Both the position numbers and the translations under genes were made by a program. The notes beneath the pieces are model-generated. The model was not told the origin of the DNA. It saw only the letters and a program-made list of their open reading frames with translations, and searched no databases. 64,000 nt of DNA, taken from NCBI GenBank assembly GCA_964486045.1, contig CAZALK010000007.1, positions 151,717 through 215,716 on the forward strand. Direction: 5' to 3'. The first letter of the stretch is position 1; the number at the start of each line of letters is the position of its first letter. Shown here piece by piece: positions 49,819-59,921 of this stretch. The DNA comes from an uncultured archaeon. GTDB taxonomy: Archaea; Asgardarchaeota; Lokiarchaeia; Sigyniarchaeales; SOKP01.

Positions 49819-51171
49819 TTACGATTCCCCAAATTCATCAAGAATTGTATAAATTTCATCAATTATATCTTCGAAATTAATCGATTTTTGCTCTTCGGAA
49901 ACCATATTTTTGATTGTTACTTTATTTTCTTCCATTTCTTCAGGTCCGATGATTAAAACAATAATAATACCAAGCTCATTCGCTCTTTTTAGCTGATTTT
50001 TTAAATTTTTAAACTTATATTCAATTATGCAGGCAAAATCCTCATCTCTGAGACTACGAGCAATCTTAATCGTATAAGTTGATACTTTTTCATTAATTGA
50101 GGCAATATAAATCGTGTCAGTGTGATCTTTTTCACTCGCGTCTTCTGGAATTAAGTCATACGTTTTTAGGAATAATGATAACATCAAAACACCCATTCCA
50201 AAGCCAATCCCAGACACTTTTTCATCAGAAAAAATGGAGAGTAAATCGTCGTAACGCCCTCCTCCAAATATTGATCGAATATTTTCTTTTCCTGTATCAA
50301 AAACCTCAAAAACAATACCAGTATAGTAATCAAGACCTCTTACTACACTTGGGGAAAAAGTACAATACACGGAGAGCCCTGTCTCCTTTAGTAAACTCTG
50401 AAATTTTACTAATTCATTATAACCTTCTGTATTATATATTTCTCCTGGGATATCGGAAAATTTGTTCAACAAATCTTCAACATTTTTAGAATCTCTTAAT
50501 TTAAATATGCCTTGTATTACTGAATTTTTTTGAAAGTTTTCAGTGACTAATTTTTCGAATTCACTATCTTCCATTTTATCAGATTTATCTAAGATTTTGT
50601 AAACGATAGGTATTTTTTCTTCAGGAATTTTCAGTATGATTTTACATACCATATCAATAAATCGACGGTTGTTATAATAAATTTGGAACTGTTCTTCTGT
50701 AGCTCCAAATTCCGTGAAAATGTCAACAATAATATTAAAGATTTCAAGTTCTGCAAATAAACTGTTTTCACCCAAAATATCAAAATTGAATTGCTTAAAC
50801 ATCCTACGTCTGCCTCTCTGAGGGCGTTCATACCTAAAACAGGTAGGATTTGAAAACCATCTAATTGGTTTTTTAAGTTCCTGATTTTTTTTAGATATCA
50901 TTCGAGCTAAAGAAGGAGTGAGCTCTGGAATGAGGATTAGTCTCTCACCCTTTTTTTTCTCTATTATGAAAGACTGTTCATTTACAAGCTCATCAGATGA
51001 TTTGGCTGCGAAAATTTCAACTGGTTCTAATTGAGGGCTCTCAAATTCATCATAACTATATAGTTCAGCAACATATTTAATATTTTCAATGATCCAATTC
51101 ATCTCACGTAAATCAGAAGGGTAGAAATCCTTCATACCCCTTAATGGTTCCTTTGAAAATTTCTTTGACAT
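49819..51171 (-). CDS. hisS: Histidyl-tRNA synthetase
   Basis: RGMKDF, PELTPSLAR, FRYERPQRGR, VRGLDYYTG, GGGRYD, GFGMG and an anticodon-binding domain. Confidence 0.96.
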   Translation of the reverse strand: MSKKFSKEPLRGMKDFYPSDLREMNWIIENIKYVAELYSYDEFESPQLEPVEIFAAKSSDELVNEQSFIIEKKKGERLILIPELTPSLARMISKKNQELKKPIRWFSNPTCFRYERPQRGRRRMFKQFNFDILGENSLFAELEIFNIIVDIFTEFGATEEQFQIYYNNRRFIDMVCKIILKIPEEKIPIVYKILDKSDKMEDSEFEKLVTENFQKNSVIQGIFKLRDSKNVEDLLNKFSDIPGEIYNTEGYNELVKFQSLLKETGLSVYCTFSPSVVRGLDYYTGIVFEVFDTGKENIRSIFGGGRYDDLLSIFSDEKVSGIGFGMGVLMLSLFLKTYDLIPEDASEKDHTDTIYIASINEKVSTYTIKIARSLRDEDFACIIEYKFKNLKNQLKRANELGIIIVLIIGPEEMEENKVTIKNMVSEEQKSINFEDIIDEIYTILDEFGES

Positions 51172-51343
51172 AAAATCACTAATATACTGGTTTTATTTAG
51201 ATAATAATTTAAAAGCACCTAAGCAAATATTTTTTTCTATTCAACAATAAGGTTTTTCTTATTTCTCATATGATTTTAATAATATTTTTTACCAAAGTTA
51301 AAAATATCATTTTTGGTTTAACTACATTTTAGGGGAGGTTTGG

Positions 51344-51766
51344 TTGTCTCAAGAACAAGTTTATAAAAATATGGTTGATTCCATCGTTGATTTAGACGAA
51401 GAAAAAGCAATCGATTTAGCAAACAAAGCAATAAAAGATAATTTGAATTTAGTTGAAGTTGTTGAAAAAGGATATGCTGCGGGAATTCGAAAAGTAGGAG
51501 AATTGTGGGAAGAAGGTGAGTATTTTCTGCCAGAATTAATGAGAGGGGCACAAATTATGCAAAATTGTTTAAATTTAATTATTCCTCATCTTAAGAAGGG
51601 TTCAGAAGAAGTTTCACAAGGTAAAGTTGTGTTGGCTACAATAGAGGGAGATATTCATTCTATCGGAAAAACAATTGTTGGGACAATGTTAAGAGCTTAT
51701 GGTTATGAAGTTTACGACTTGGGAGCCGATGTCCCCGCAGAGAAAATTGTTTATCTCCTTCGCTAA
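51344..51766 (+). pseudogene. 3'-truncated corrinoid protein (MttC/MtbC-like); homology ends at about 51751
   Basis: YFLPEL, GDIHSIGK and DLGADVPAEKIV, then diverges; lacks the SALLTTT half present in the 56.7-kb paralog. Confidence 0.8.
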
Positions 51767-52273
51767 ATGTACTCTTACCTCTTTTAGACTTCCTAATTTT
51801 TCATATAATTTTTTCCAATAAATATAGTCTTTTTTATTATATTTGTAAGGTTCAGTTTTATGATATCTTTCTACCCATTTATCATAATTTTCTCCTAAGA
51901 TACGATTCATATATTTTTTTAGATACTCCCTAATAGTCGTCTCAAATGGTCCAATAGGATCAAATTCTTCTTTAATAAAACTCTCAACTTTTTTAAAAGA
52001 ATGTAATGATTCATAAAGGTTTTTCCATAAACGGGCATCTTCCCATGAGTATTTACCAGATAATTGATATTTCTTATGCCATTTTTCATATTTATTAAGA
52101 AGTAAATCTTTAAGCTTTTGCCTGACCGTAAAATCTGAGACGAATTTTCCTGTATATTCTCTAAATTTTTCTACAACTCTTGTAAAATTTCCATATTTCT
52201 CAAATAAAATTTTCCAATACTTAACATCTTCTTCACTGAATTTACTAATAGGAAATACACCCATTTCGTTCAA
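51689..52273 (-). CDS. Fragment of a protein with three ~55-60-aa HTH-like repeats, probably truncated at both ends
   Basis: FSEEDVKYWKILFEKYGNF / YSWEDARLWKNLYESLHSF / YNKKDYIYWKKLYEKLGSL. The last ~20 codons are antisense to the corrinoid gene. Confidence 0.55.
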   Translation of the reverse strand: MNEMGVFPISKFSEEDVKYWKILFEKYGNFTRVVEKFREYTGKFVSDFTVRQKLKDLLLNKYEKWHKKYQLSGKYSWEDARLWKNLYESLHSFKKVESFIKEEFDPIGPFETTIREYLKKYMNRILGENYDKWVERYHKTEPYKYNKKDYIYWKKLYEKLGSLKEVRVHLAKEINNFLCGDIGSQVVNFITISS

Positions 52274-52525
52274 TTTTAGAGTTTTTACTTCTGATTTTGC
52301 TAATAGGCGTGAAGACGCTTTACAGCAACAAAAGAACTATGAAAATACCCCCGAAGGCAGAATGGAAGAAGCGGAACATCATAGACAGATAAATTTAGAA
52401 CGGGATAGAGAGAGGGGGATGACTGACGAAGAAATCGAACAGAAATACGATCAATCTAATTGGGGAAAGCCTTATACATTATCAGGCGATCCAAAAAAAC
52501 ATGTAGGAAAATGGAGGGTTTAAAA

Positions 52526-52747
52526 ATGAATAAGAGAATAATTTTCGGTTCAATACTTGCAGTAATAGGGGGAATAGGATTTACATACCTTCTCAATAAA
52601 TATCTGAAAAAGAAAGGATTTGGAACATCAGATTTTCCACATAAAACATATCCAGAACATATTACACAAACGGTTATTGGTGAAGCATCTCACCACGACA
52701 TTCAAGGCATACAATCTTTCAGTGCAGATTGGATAACAACATATTAA
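52526..52747 (+). CDS. Small hypothetical protein with N-terminal TM helix
   Basis: ATG at 52526 after GGAGG: MNKRIIFGSILAVIGGIGFTYLL... It follows a gene fragment ending ...GKWRV* near 52522. Confidence 0.45.
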   Translation: MNKRIIFGSILAVIGGIGFTYLLNKYLKKKGFGTSDFPHKTYPEHITQTVIGEASHHDIQGIQSFSADWITTY

Positions 52748-52751
52748 ACAA

Positions 52752-52827
52752 CTAGGGGGGGCGTTAAAATCCTTCATAATGATTCAGCTCCCAAAATAAT
52801 ACACCATATTATTTTTCCCCCCCCTAG
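52752..52827. repeat. Inverted repeat CTAG-G7...C7-TAG with internal AAAATAATA/TATTATTTT hairpin
   Basis: Read directly from the sequence. Confidence 0.6.
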
Positions 52828-53307
52828 CCCTTATAGTTTACATAGAAAATCGGTTTAGGCATTAATCTACACAATGACCCACATTAATAAGGCTGAATCG
52901 TTTATTATAATTCTATTAATTAACTTTCAACAGAGAAGCATTTTTAAGAATTCCAAAACTCTATGTGCTGATATCAAAGTGATATTAGCTTCATGTCATT
53001 AAAACCAGTTCAGTTTCTCGTGAGCACATAAAATTAATAAATTTAGGATTATTCATTCCTTACTATGATTTTTACAGTCAATTTTCATTTTCGGGAACCA
53101 TTCATACCGGATATAATTGCGCTTATCTCTTTTATTTTATTTTTAGTTGGGAGTATATTGTTGAAAAAGGATCAAAAAATTAAAGGGGTAAATCTCCTCA
53201 TTATTGGGGGTATTATTTTTAGGAAACCTTTATTACCTAAAAAAAAGATAATAAAATATCAACTAAAACTATTATTGTGTAATTAAACTTAAAAGTTTTA
53301 TAAAATA

Positions 53308-53562
53308 ATGAAAGTAGGGTATTATCTCGACGTTTTAAAACCCCGCCAACCCGAAGTTGATTTAGTAGCTCGTAATCTTTTGAAAATTAATGGAGTAACA
53401 AAAGTTTGCATTAAAGTTGATGAATTAGATCAAGAAACAGCTTCTGTCTATATAAACCTTGAAGGGACTAACCTTAACCTTAACGAAATAATTGGAATCT
53501 TGGATTCAATGAATTGCGAACTCCACAGTGTTGATCAGGTTGATATAGAAAAAGAGGACTAA
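53308..53562 (+). CDS. DUF211-family protein
   Basis: LDVLKP.P...GVTKV.I.V.E.D.ET......EG.NL...HSVDQV. Confidence 0.8.
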   Translation: MKVGYYLDVLKPRQPEVDLVARNLLKINGVTKVCIKVDELDQETASVYINLEGTNLNLNEIIGILDSMNCELHSVDQVDIEKED

Positions 53563-53787
53563 TAAAGGAAGTCTTTCTCTGCCGAAGTAGCCAAATCGGT
53601 CAAAAATATTGATACTCATCGATTGTCAAATGATCATAGGTCCCGAGTGTTGTCTGCATTCCCCAAACGATGTAGGGTGTTATAGTGTCAGGATAGGTTG
53701 TGCTGTGAAACTCTTTCCCTGTATAGATATTAAGAATGTCTAAGTTAAAAAAGTTCCTCTGACCTGTATATCTTAAACTGTAGCAAA

Positions 53788-55080
53788 CTAGGGAATAATT
53801 ATTGAATATAAAGTTAAGTAGATTATACTAACTCCAATATGTACTAAAGTCATCATAGAACCATATTTTAATAATGATTTATAGTTAAAATCTGATACGT
53901 CATTTTTTTCTGCTAGATTTAAGGTTATTAAATCACTTGCAGCTCCTTGTGGTAAAAAATTAGAGCCAATATTTATCCCAAGGATGATTGCCATAATAAC
54001 AATGTTAGGGACTTGCTCTATACCATAAATATTTTGCATTAATGTGATAAATACGAGAGCAGTTGGAACTTGGGCTAAAAAGGCAGACAACACACTTATC
54101 ATCAGAAAAATTGTTATAGCCGCAATAAGAGCATTATCCGAGATAAAGTTATTTATTAAATCACCAAGAATTATAAAAGTTCCATTTATTTGCATTGTAC
54201 CCATAAGGAGGAATATTCCTATAAAGAATACAATAACCTTTAGATCAGTTTTAACAAGAATTTCTGTAAAGTTTTTTCGATTTAAAAGACACATTATAAC
54301 CGCACCAACAACAGCGACTAAATAAGCTTCAGGGATAATGATTAATGCAAAAATTATACCCACAAAATATATTGAATTGAAAACAAATTTCTTTTTATTA
54401 ACAATAATTATGTTAGGATCCATGATATCAAGAAGAATTTTCTTATAACTTTCAGGAGGGGCTTTTTGTTTTCTAAGCATGGTAAAATCTATAAGGAAAA
54501 GGGTGTAAATTAGGGTTGGAATAACTATCAGAGAAAAATTTAATAGAAAGTAAATAAAATTAAGTGAAAAAGCATTTGCTATAAGAATATTCTCAGCTGA
54601 ACTAAAAGGAGTATAAATAGACCCTATATTAATTGTAAAACTAAGACCAAAAAGATAAGGTGCTGGATTTATTTTCAGGATTTTACAAGCTTGTATGACG
54701 ACGGGTACAAAAATAATTATTACTGTAATATCAGAGATAAGTGCTGATGTCATACTTGCCATAAAACAGATCAAAAAGAAGAATTTTCTATGATCAGCTT
54801 TCGTCCAATGAATGGTTTTTAAGACGATCCACCTAAATATGTTTTGTTCTTCCATAATGGCAACTATAATTTGCATACAGATTATAAATATTATCGGTTC
54901 AAATTCGATATAGGCTATAAATTCTGTAAACCCAACATCAAATGTAATACCTGCAATAAAAGACGCAATAACTACTGATAGTAATGTAAAAGAAATATAA
55001 TCTAACCGTTCCTTTGTAAAAATTACCATTATCGCTAGAAATAGGACAGCTGAAGTAATAATTGATACAATCGCATCCAT
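53788..55080 (-). CDS. SLC13/ArsB/NhaD-family permease
   Basis: About 11-12 TM segments; INIGSIYTPFSSAENI and NIGSNFLPQGAASD. Confidence 0.8.
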   Translation of the reverse strand: MDAIVSIITSAVLFLAIMVIFTKERLDYISFTLLSVVIASFIAGITFDVGFTEFIAYIEFEPIIFIICMQIIVAIMEEQNIFRWIVLKTIHWTKADHRKFFFLICFMASMTSALISDITVIIIFVPVVIQACKILKINPAPYLFGLSFTINIGSIYTPFSSAENILIANAFSLNFIYFLLNFSLIVIPTLIYTLFLIDFTMLRKQKAPPESYKKILLDIMDPNIIIVNKKKFVFNSIYFVGIIFALIIIPEAYLVAVVGAVIMCLLNRKNFTEILVKTDLKVIVFFIGIFLLMGTMQINGTFIILGDLINNFISDNALIAAITIFLMISVLSAFLAQVPTALVFITLMQNIYGIEQVPNIVIMAIILGINIGSNFLPQGAASDLITLNLAEKNDVSDFNYKSLLKYGSMMTLVHIGVSIIYLTLYSIIIP

Positions 55081-55150
55081 CTTAGGCTGATCCTCAATTA
55101 AATCAAATAAATCTAACTAATTCATATTTCTGTAACTTCCTTATTAAGTT

Positions 55151-55380
55151 TTGGCGATTAAGATTATATTAATTAACACTCATGATCTTACTACCATTCA
55201 AAAATTTCGTACTAAAGATGCGGATTCGCAAACAGGTATATCAAGAAGGGGAGTAGAATTTCCTAAACTCAATGATGATCAAAATATATTTGTTCTTGTT
55301 GATGAAGCTCATCGTTCACAATATAAAGTCTTCGGTATGAATATGCGAATGGTATGAATATGCGAATGGGAATACCAAAT
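55151..55380 (+). pseudogene. Internal remnant of a type I restriction subunit HsdR
   Basis: TTIQKF and NIFVLVDEAHRSQY. A 17-nt tandem duplication (55334..55367) breaks GMNMRMGIPN. Confidence 0.75.
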
Positions 55381-55485
55381 CCACACTCAATAAATATTAG
55401 TATTATAGTTAGTATTTACTTTTATATTAATATTTCAAAAAATGTCAATTTTAATCGCTAATATAGATGAAAAGGAAGCTATAAA

Positions 55486-56580
55486 ATGAGTACAGAGGGT
55501 AAGATGGATTTCGAAAATTTATTAAAGATAAATAAATTTACTTCAGACATAGTGAATTTATTGCTATATGCTTTTAAGCGGTTTTTAATTTCAATACCAG
55601 TCTTATTGGGAGTAATTACTATTGTTTTCTTCATCAGTCGGCAAATTATGGACGCTGAAGCAATTGTTCTTTCGAGGTTACATTTTCCATTTACCGATGA
55701 ACAGTATCAAGCTATGTATCGATATTTGGGTTTAGATAAACCCATTATTGTTCAATATTTTATTTTTATTATGGATCTATTTACTGGAAATTGGGGGGTT
55801 TCTGTAACAATTGTTCGGAATTCACTTGTATGGGATATAATTATTCAGAGATTACCTAGAACATTAGAAGTGACAATATTAAGTATGTTAATCGCGATAT
55901 TAATAGGTGTAAAACTAGGCAAAATAGGAGCTGGAAATCGAAATAAAAAACTAGATTTAAGTACTAGAGCAATATTCTATATCATTTCGGGAATACCAGT
56001 TTTTATTTTCGGGCTCTTTTTACTTCAATTTGGTTTAAATACTGGAATTGTGTTATTCCCCGTTTATGGATACAAGAGCCCAGGTATTGGAGATCCACTG
56101 GTTATTACTTATTCACGTATTATTGATTGTATTATTTCAGGAAGATACGATATCTTAGTAGACTATTTATATCATATTCTTATTCCAATTTCAGCTATGA
56201 TAATAATACAATTATCATTTATTCATCGACACACTAGATCAAGTATGATATCTGTCCTTCAAGAAAATTATATACAAACAGCGAGAGTAAAAGGCATTAG
56301 TAGGAGAAAAATTCTGAAAAATCATGCACTCAGGAACGCTGTTCCTCCCGTTATTACCATGATAAGTATGAATTTTCCAAGAATATTCGCGGCGATGATT
56401 CCATTAGAAGTCGCGTTTAGAATGCCTGGTATAGGTTACCTTTTCTTTGATTCTATGCAAAGGCTTGATTATGGGATATTTATCATATTGATTTTTATAT
56501 TCGCTCTAATTGTGATAATATTCAATCTTATAGCAGATATTTCCTATGCAATTCTTGACCCTAGAATACGATTAAGGTAA
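55486..56580 (+). CDS. Dipeptide/oligopeptide ABC transporter permease (DppB/OppB), orphan
   Basis: LGLDKP..VQY, RLPRTLE, TRSSM..VL.ENYIQTAR.KG, HALRNA and DISYAILDPRIR. Confidence 0.9.
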   Translation: MSTEGKMDFENLLKINKFTSDIVNLLLYAFKRFLISIPVLLGVITIVFFISRQIMDAEAIVLSRLHFPFTDEQYQAMYRYLGLDKPIIVQYFIFIMDLFTGNWGVSVTIVRNSLVWDIIIQRLPRTLEVTILSMLIAILIGVKLGKIGAGNRNKKLDLSTRAIFYIISGIPVFIFGLFLLQFGLNTGIVLFPVYGYKSPGIGDPLVITYSRIIDCIISGRYDILVDYLYHILIPISAMIIIQLSFIHRHTRSSMISVLQENYIQTARVKGISRRKILKNHALRNAVPPVITMISMNFPRIFAAMIPLEVAFRMPGIGYLFFDSMQRLDYGIFIILIFIFALIVIIFNLIADISYAILDPRIRLR

Positions 56581-56727
56581 CTTTGTAAAATTATACTTTG
56601 AAAGATATCCCATGTATTTTTTGAGTTTCATAATAATGTTTTTTTTGTTTCACATATGTAGTTAATTAATGTTTTATTTATTGTTTACAAAATATTGTTT
56701 TTACACTTAACTATTAGGAGATTTGTA

Positions 56728-57369
56728 TTGACCAGCATTTATAATGAAATATCAAGATCAATTGTTAATTTAGAGGGGGAAAACGCTATTGAATTGGCAA
56801 ATAGAGCGATTAATGAAAACTTAAATTTACTAGATGTTATTGAAAAAGGATATGCGGCAGGGATTAGAAGAGTCGGAGAATTATGGGAAGAAGGTGAGTA
56901 TTTTTTGCCAGAATTAATGATGGGTGCACGAATCATGCAAGATTGCCTGGATCTCATCATCCCTCATCTCAAAAGTGGAACAGAAAGATTTTCTCTTGGC
57001 ACGATTGTAATAGCCACAATAAAGGGAGATATTCATTCTATCGGGAAAACAATTGTCGCTACTATGCTACGAGCATATGGATTTATAGTTTATGATTTAG
57101 GAGCCGATGTTGAACCAGAAAAAATTATTGAAGTCGCAATTGAAAAAAACGCAGATGTGATTGGAGTTTCTGCTCTCTTAACAACAACAATGTTTGGGCA
57201 GAAAAAAATCATGGAAATTCTAAAAAAAAGAAATCTAGAAAACAAATTTAAGGTAATTCTTGGTGGTGCTCCCGTTACTAAAGCTTGGGTAGAAGAATGT
57301 AAAGCTGATGGATTCGCTGAAAATGCTATAGATGCTGTAAAATTAGTTAGATCATTATTAGCTAAATAA
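56728..57369 (+). CDS. Corrinoid (B12-binding) protein, MttC/MtbC-like; start revised to TTG 56728
   Basis: GDIHSIGK, DLGADV, SALLTTTM and GGAPV; AGGAG upstream of 56728. Confidence 0.92.
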   Translation: MTSIYNEISRSIVNLEGENAIELANRAINENLNLLDVIEKGYAAGIRRVGELWEEGEYFLPELMMGARIMQDCLDLIIPHLKSGTERFSLGTIVIATIKGDIHSIGKTIVATMLRAYGFIVYDLGADVEPEKIIEVAIEKNADVIGVSALLTTTMFGQKKIMEILKKRNLENKFKVILGGAPVTKAWVEECKADGFAENAIDAVKLVRSLLAK

Positions 57370-57396
57370 AAAACTAAATTTCGAGGTGATATAAGT

Positions 57397-58275
57397 TTGT
57401 CCTTTCAAGATTGGTTAAAAAATAATTCCAAAATTGTGCTCTTTGATGGAGGATTTGGCACAGAACTTATAAAAAGAGGATTAGCTCTAGGAAAGGTACC
57501 AGATATTTTAAATGTCGAAAATCCAGATAGTATTGTTGAAATCCACAAATCGTATTATGATGCTGGTTCTGATATGTGCCAAACAAACACCTTTGGCTCC
57601 ACCCCATTAAATTTAAGACGTCATAACCTTGAAGATCAAATCCAAGAAATTATAGAGAACGCTTTAGTTAATATCAAGAAAGCATGTCCTACCGGACGTT
57701 TAATCGTTGGTGATATTGGTCCCACTGGTGAATTTCGCCCACCAGTAGGAAATGCTACTAGTGAAGAATGGCATTCAAGTTTTAAAATGCAATCAAAACT
57801 ATTAGACAAAGGAGTTAACCTCTATCATGTTGAAACTATTTCTGATCTTGAGGAAATATTGACGGCAATCCGGGCAATAAGGGAAGTCTCAAATAAACCA
57901 ATTATTGCATCCATCACATACAAAAAGACAAAAAGAGGGTTTTTCACAATCATGGGAGATTCTTTAGAAAAATGCATTAGAGCATTAGAAAGTGAAAAAG
58001 TAGATGTCATTGGGGCAAATTGTACCCTTGGATCAGAAGATATGCTAGATTTAGTAACACAAGCTATAGAAATGACAAATATTCCGATTTCTGCAAAACC
58101 AAATGCAGGCCAACCCAGAATTCAAGGTTCACAGACTTTATATGATCAACCAATTGAGGAGTTTGTTAGTGATATCCAAGAAATGATAAATTTAGGAGTT
58201 AAAGTAGTTGGTGGCTGCTGTGGGACATCACCAAAGACTATTTATGAAATTCGAAAAATAATAGATAATTTTTAG
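57397..58275 (+). CDS. Homocysteine S-methyltransferase domain protein (stand-alone MetH N-terminal module)
   Basis: LFDGGFGTEL, YYDAGSD..QTNTF, GDIGP, GANC, KPNAG and GGCCGT. Confidence 0.92.
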   Translation: MSFQDWLKNNSKIVLFDGGFGTELIKRGLALGKVPDILNVENPDSIVEIHKSYYDAGSDMCQTNTFGSTPLNLRRHNLEDQIQEIIENALVNIKKACPTGRLIVGDIGPTGEFRPPVGNATSEEWHSSFKMQSKLLDKGVNLYHVETISDLEEILTAIRAIREVSNKPIIASITYKKTKRGFFTIMGDSLEKCIRALESEKVDVIGANCTLGSEDMLDLVTQAIEMTNIPISAKPNAGQPRIQGSQTLYDQPIEEFVSDIQEMINLGVKVVGGCCGTSPKTIYEIRKIIDNF

Positions 58276-58301
58276 ATTAGAAGGAAGGATGTGAATTATA
58301 T

Positions 58302-59726
58302 ATGACAATATTAAGACCTAAGATTAAGGTATTGGATGAAAAACACAAGGAACAAATTTTAGAGGAGGCAAAATTAATATTAGAGACTCAAGGAATTTTC
58401 ATTGAAAATCAAGAGGCTGTTGAATTGTTTGAGGAGAAAGGATTAAATCATGAAGGAAGACGGTATCTTATTCCCCCAGATTTGATCAGTAAATGTCTAG
58501 ATTCAGTTCCTAATGAAATTACCTTGTTCGATAGGGAGGGAGATAAAAGTATTACATTAAAAGATGATAGGGTTCACTTCGATCCAGGGTCAGCAGCTAT
58601 TTTTATTCTTGATGAAGATACGAGGGAAATAAGAGAAGCTTTTTCAAAAGATTTTATCCGATTTTCTAAAATCGTTGACCAATTAGATTTTATTGAGTCC
58701 CAAAGTACGGCTTTAATTTATCACGATGTTCCCAATGAAGCTCAAGATTGGCATCGTCTATATTTAGCATTATCACATTGTCATAAACCAACAGTGACCG
58801 GAACATTTCGTAAAGAAAGCTTCGCAATTATGAAAGAAATTTTACTTGCCTGCAGAACTTCTGAAGATGATTTAGCTCGAAAACCACTTGCAATATTTGA
58901 TGCATGTCCCAGTCCTCCTTTAAAATGGTCTGATCTTACAACACAATCGCTAATTGATGCAGCAAAAAGCATGATACCTTCTGAATTTGTATCAATGCCA
59001 TTAGCAGGGGCCAGTGCTCCAATAACTTTAATAGGATCAATTACACAACATTGTGCAGAGTGTCTAGCAGGAGTTGTAATTGTTCAACTAGCAAAAATAG
59101 GGGCTCCATTAATTTGGGGTGGCTCTCCTGCTGTTTTTGACATGAAGCACGGAACTACTCCGATGGGTGCAATTGAAACAATGATGATTAATCTTGGAGA
59201 TGTCGAGATGGGAAAATTCTTGAATTTACCTGTCCACGCCTATATGAGCTTAAGTGACTCCAAAATTCCAGATGCTCAAGCTGGTTTTGAAGCAGGTATG
59301 GGAGCATTACTTGCAGGTCTTGCGGGAGTTAATATGGTTTCCGGTCCAGGAATGCTTGATTTTGAGTCGACTCAAAGTGTGGAAAAGCTGATTATCGACA
59401 ACGAAATTATCGGAATGGTAAAAAGGCTTCTTAAAGGTATTGAGGATTACGGGACACCTTTTGCTTCAGATATTTTAAGAGATTACGGTGATAAAGAAGA
59501 ATTAATATCTCATCCATCTACATTAAAATATTTTAGAAAAGAATTATTTCTTCCTAGTGGGATTATAGATAGGATGACACGTAATTCATGGAAGACAGCA
59601 GGTTCTAAATCAGCAAGAAAACGAGCAAGAGAGGAAGCAGTTAAACTATCAAAAAAAACACCCGTGAAACCTATTGATAAAAGGTTAATGGATGAATTAG
59701 ATAAAATCACAAAAACTTATTTATAA
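58302..59726 (+). CDS. MttB-family methyltransferase, non-pyrrolysine (quaternary amine/TMA:corrinoid type)
   Basis: SPPLK, MPLAGASAPITL.G, DMKHG, SDSKIPDAQAGFE, GMLD and EKLIIDNEI; no in-frame amber codon. Confidence 0.88.
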   Translation: MTILRPKIKVLDEKHKEQILEEAKLILETQGIFIENQEAVELFEEKGLNHEGRRYLIPPDLISKCLDSVPNEITLFDREGDKSITLKDDRVHFDPGSAAIFILDEDTREIREAFSKDFIRFSKIVDQLDFIESQSTALIYHDVPNEAQDWHRLYLALSHCHKPTVTGTFRKESFAIMKEILLACRTSEDDLARKPLAIFDACPSPPLKWSDLTTQSLIDAAKSMIPSEFVSMPLAGASAPITLIGSITQHCAECLAGVVIVQLAKIGAPLIWGGSPAVFDMKHGTTPMGAIETMMINLGDVEMGKFLNLPVHAYMSLSDSKIPDAQAGFEAGMGALLAGLAGVNMVSGPGMLDFESTQSVEKLIIDNEIIGMVKRLLKGIEDYGTPFASDILRDYGDKEELISHPSTLKYFRKELFLPSGIIDRMTRNSWKTAGSKSARKRAREEAVKLSKKTPVKPIDKRLMDELDKITKTYL

Positions 59727-59921
59727 TTAGTTTCAGCAAAAGATTCTAAAATCATTTTAGGGTTCATACCAATCTTCGGTACTTCTGAGTTTAAGAACTT
59801 ACAAATTTATATGCTAAAGTTTCATCAAATATTACCTTTTTACAAATAATTAGAAAAAGAAAAAAATATGGTGTACTACTATTGATTATTTTATTTATTT
59901 GTTAAACTACTTAATTTTTGT

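Noticed and set aside
53065-53286. 73-aa hydrophobic ORF as a real gene
   Set aside because: No recognisable family; lies in the decayed region and may be a fragment.
58302-59726. Pyrrolysine recoding in the MttB homolog
   Set aside because: The ORF is continuous, with no in-frame TAG.
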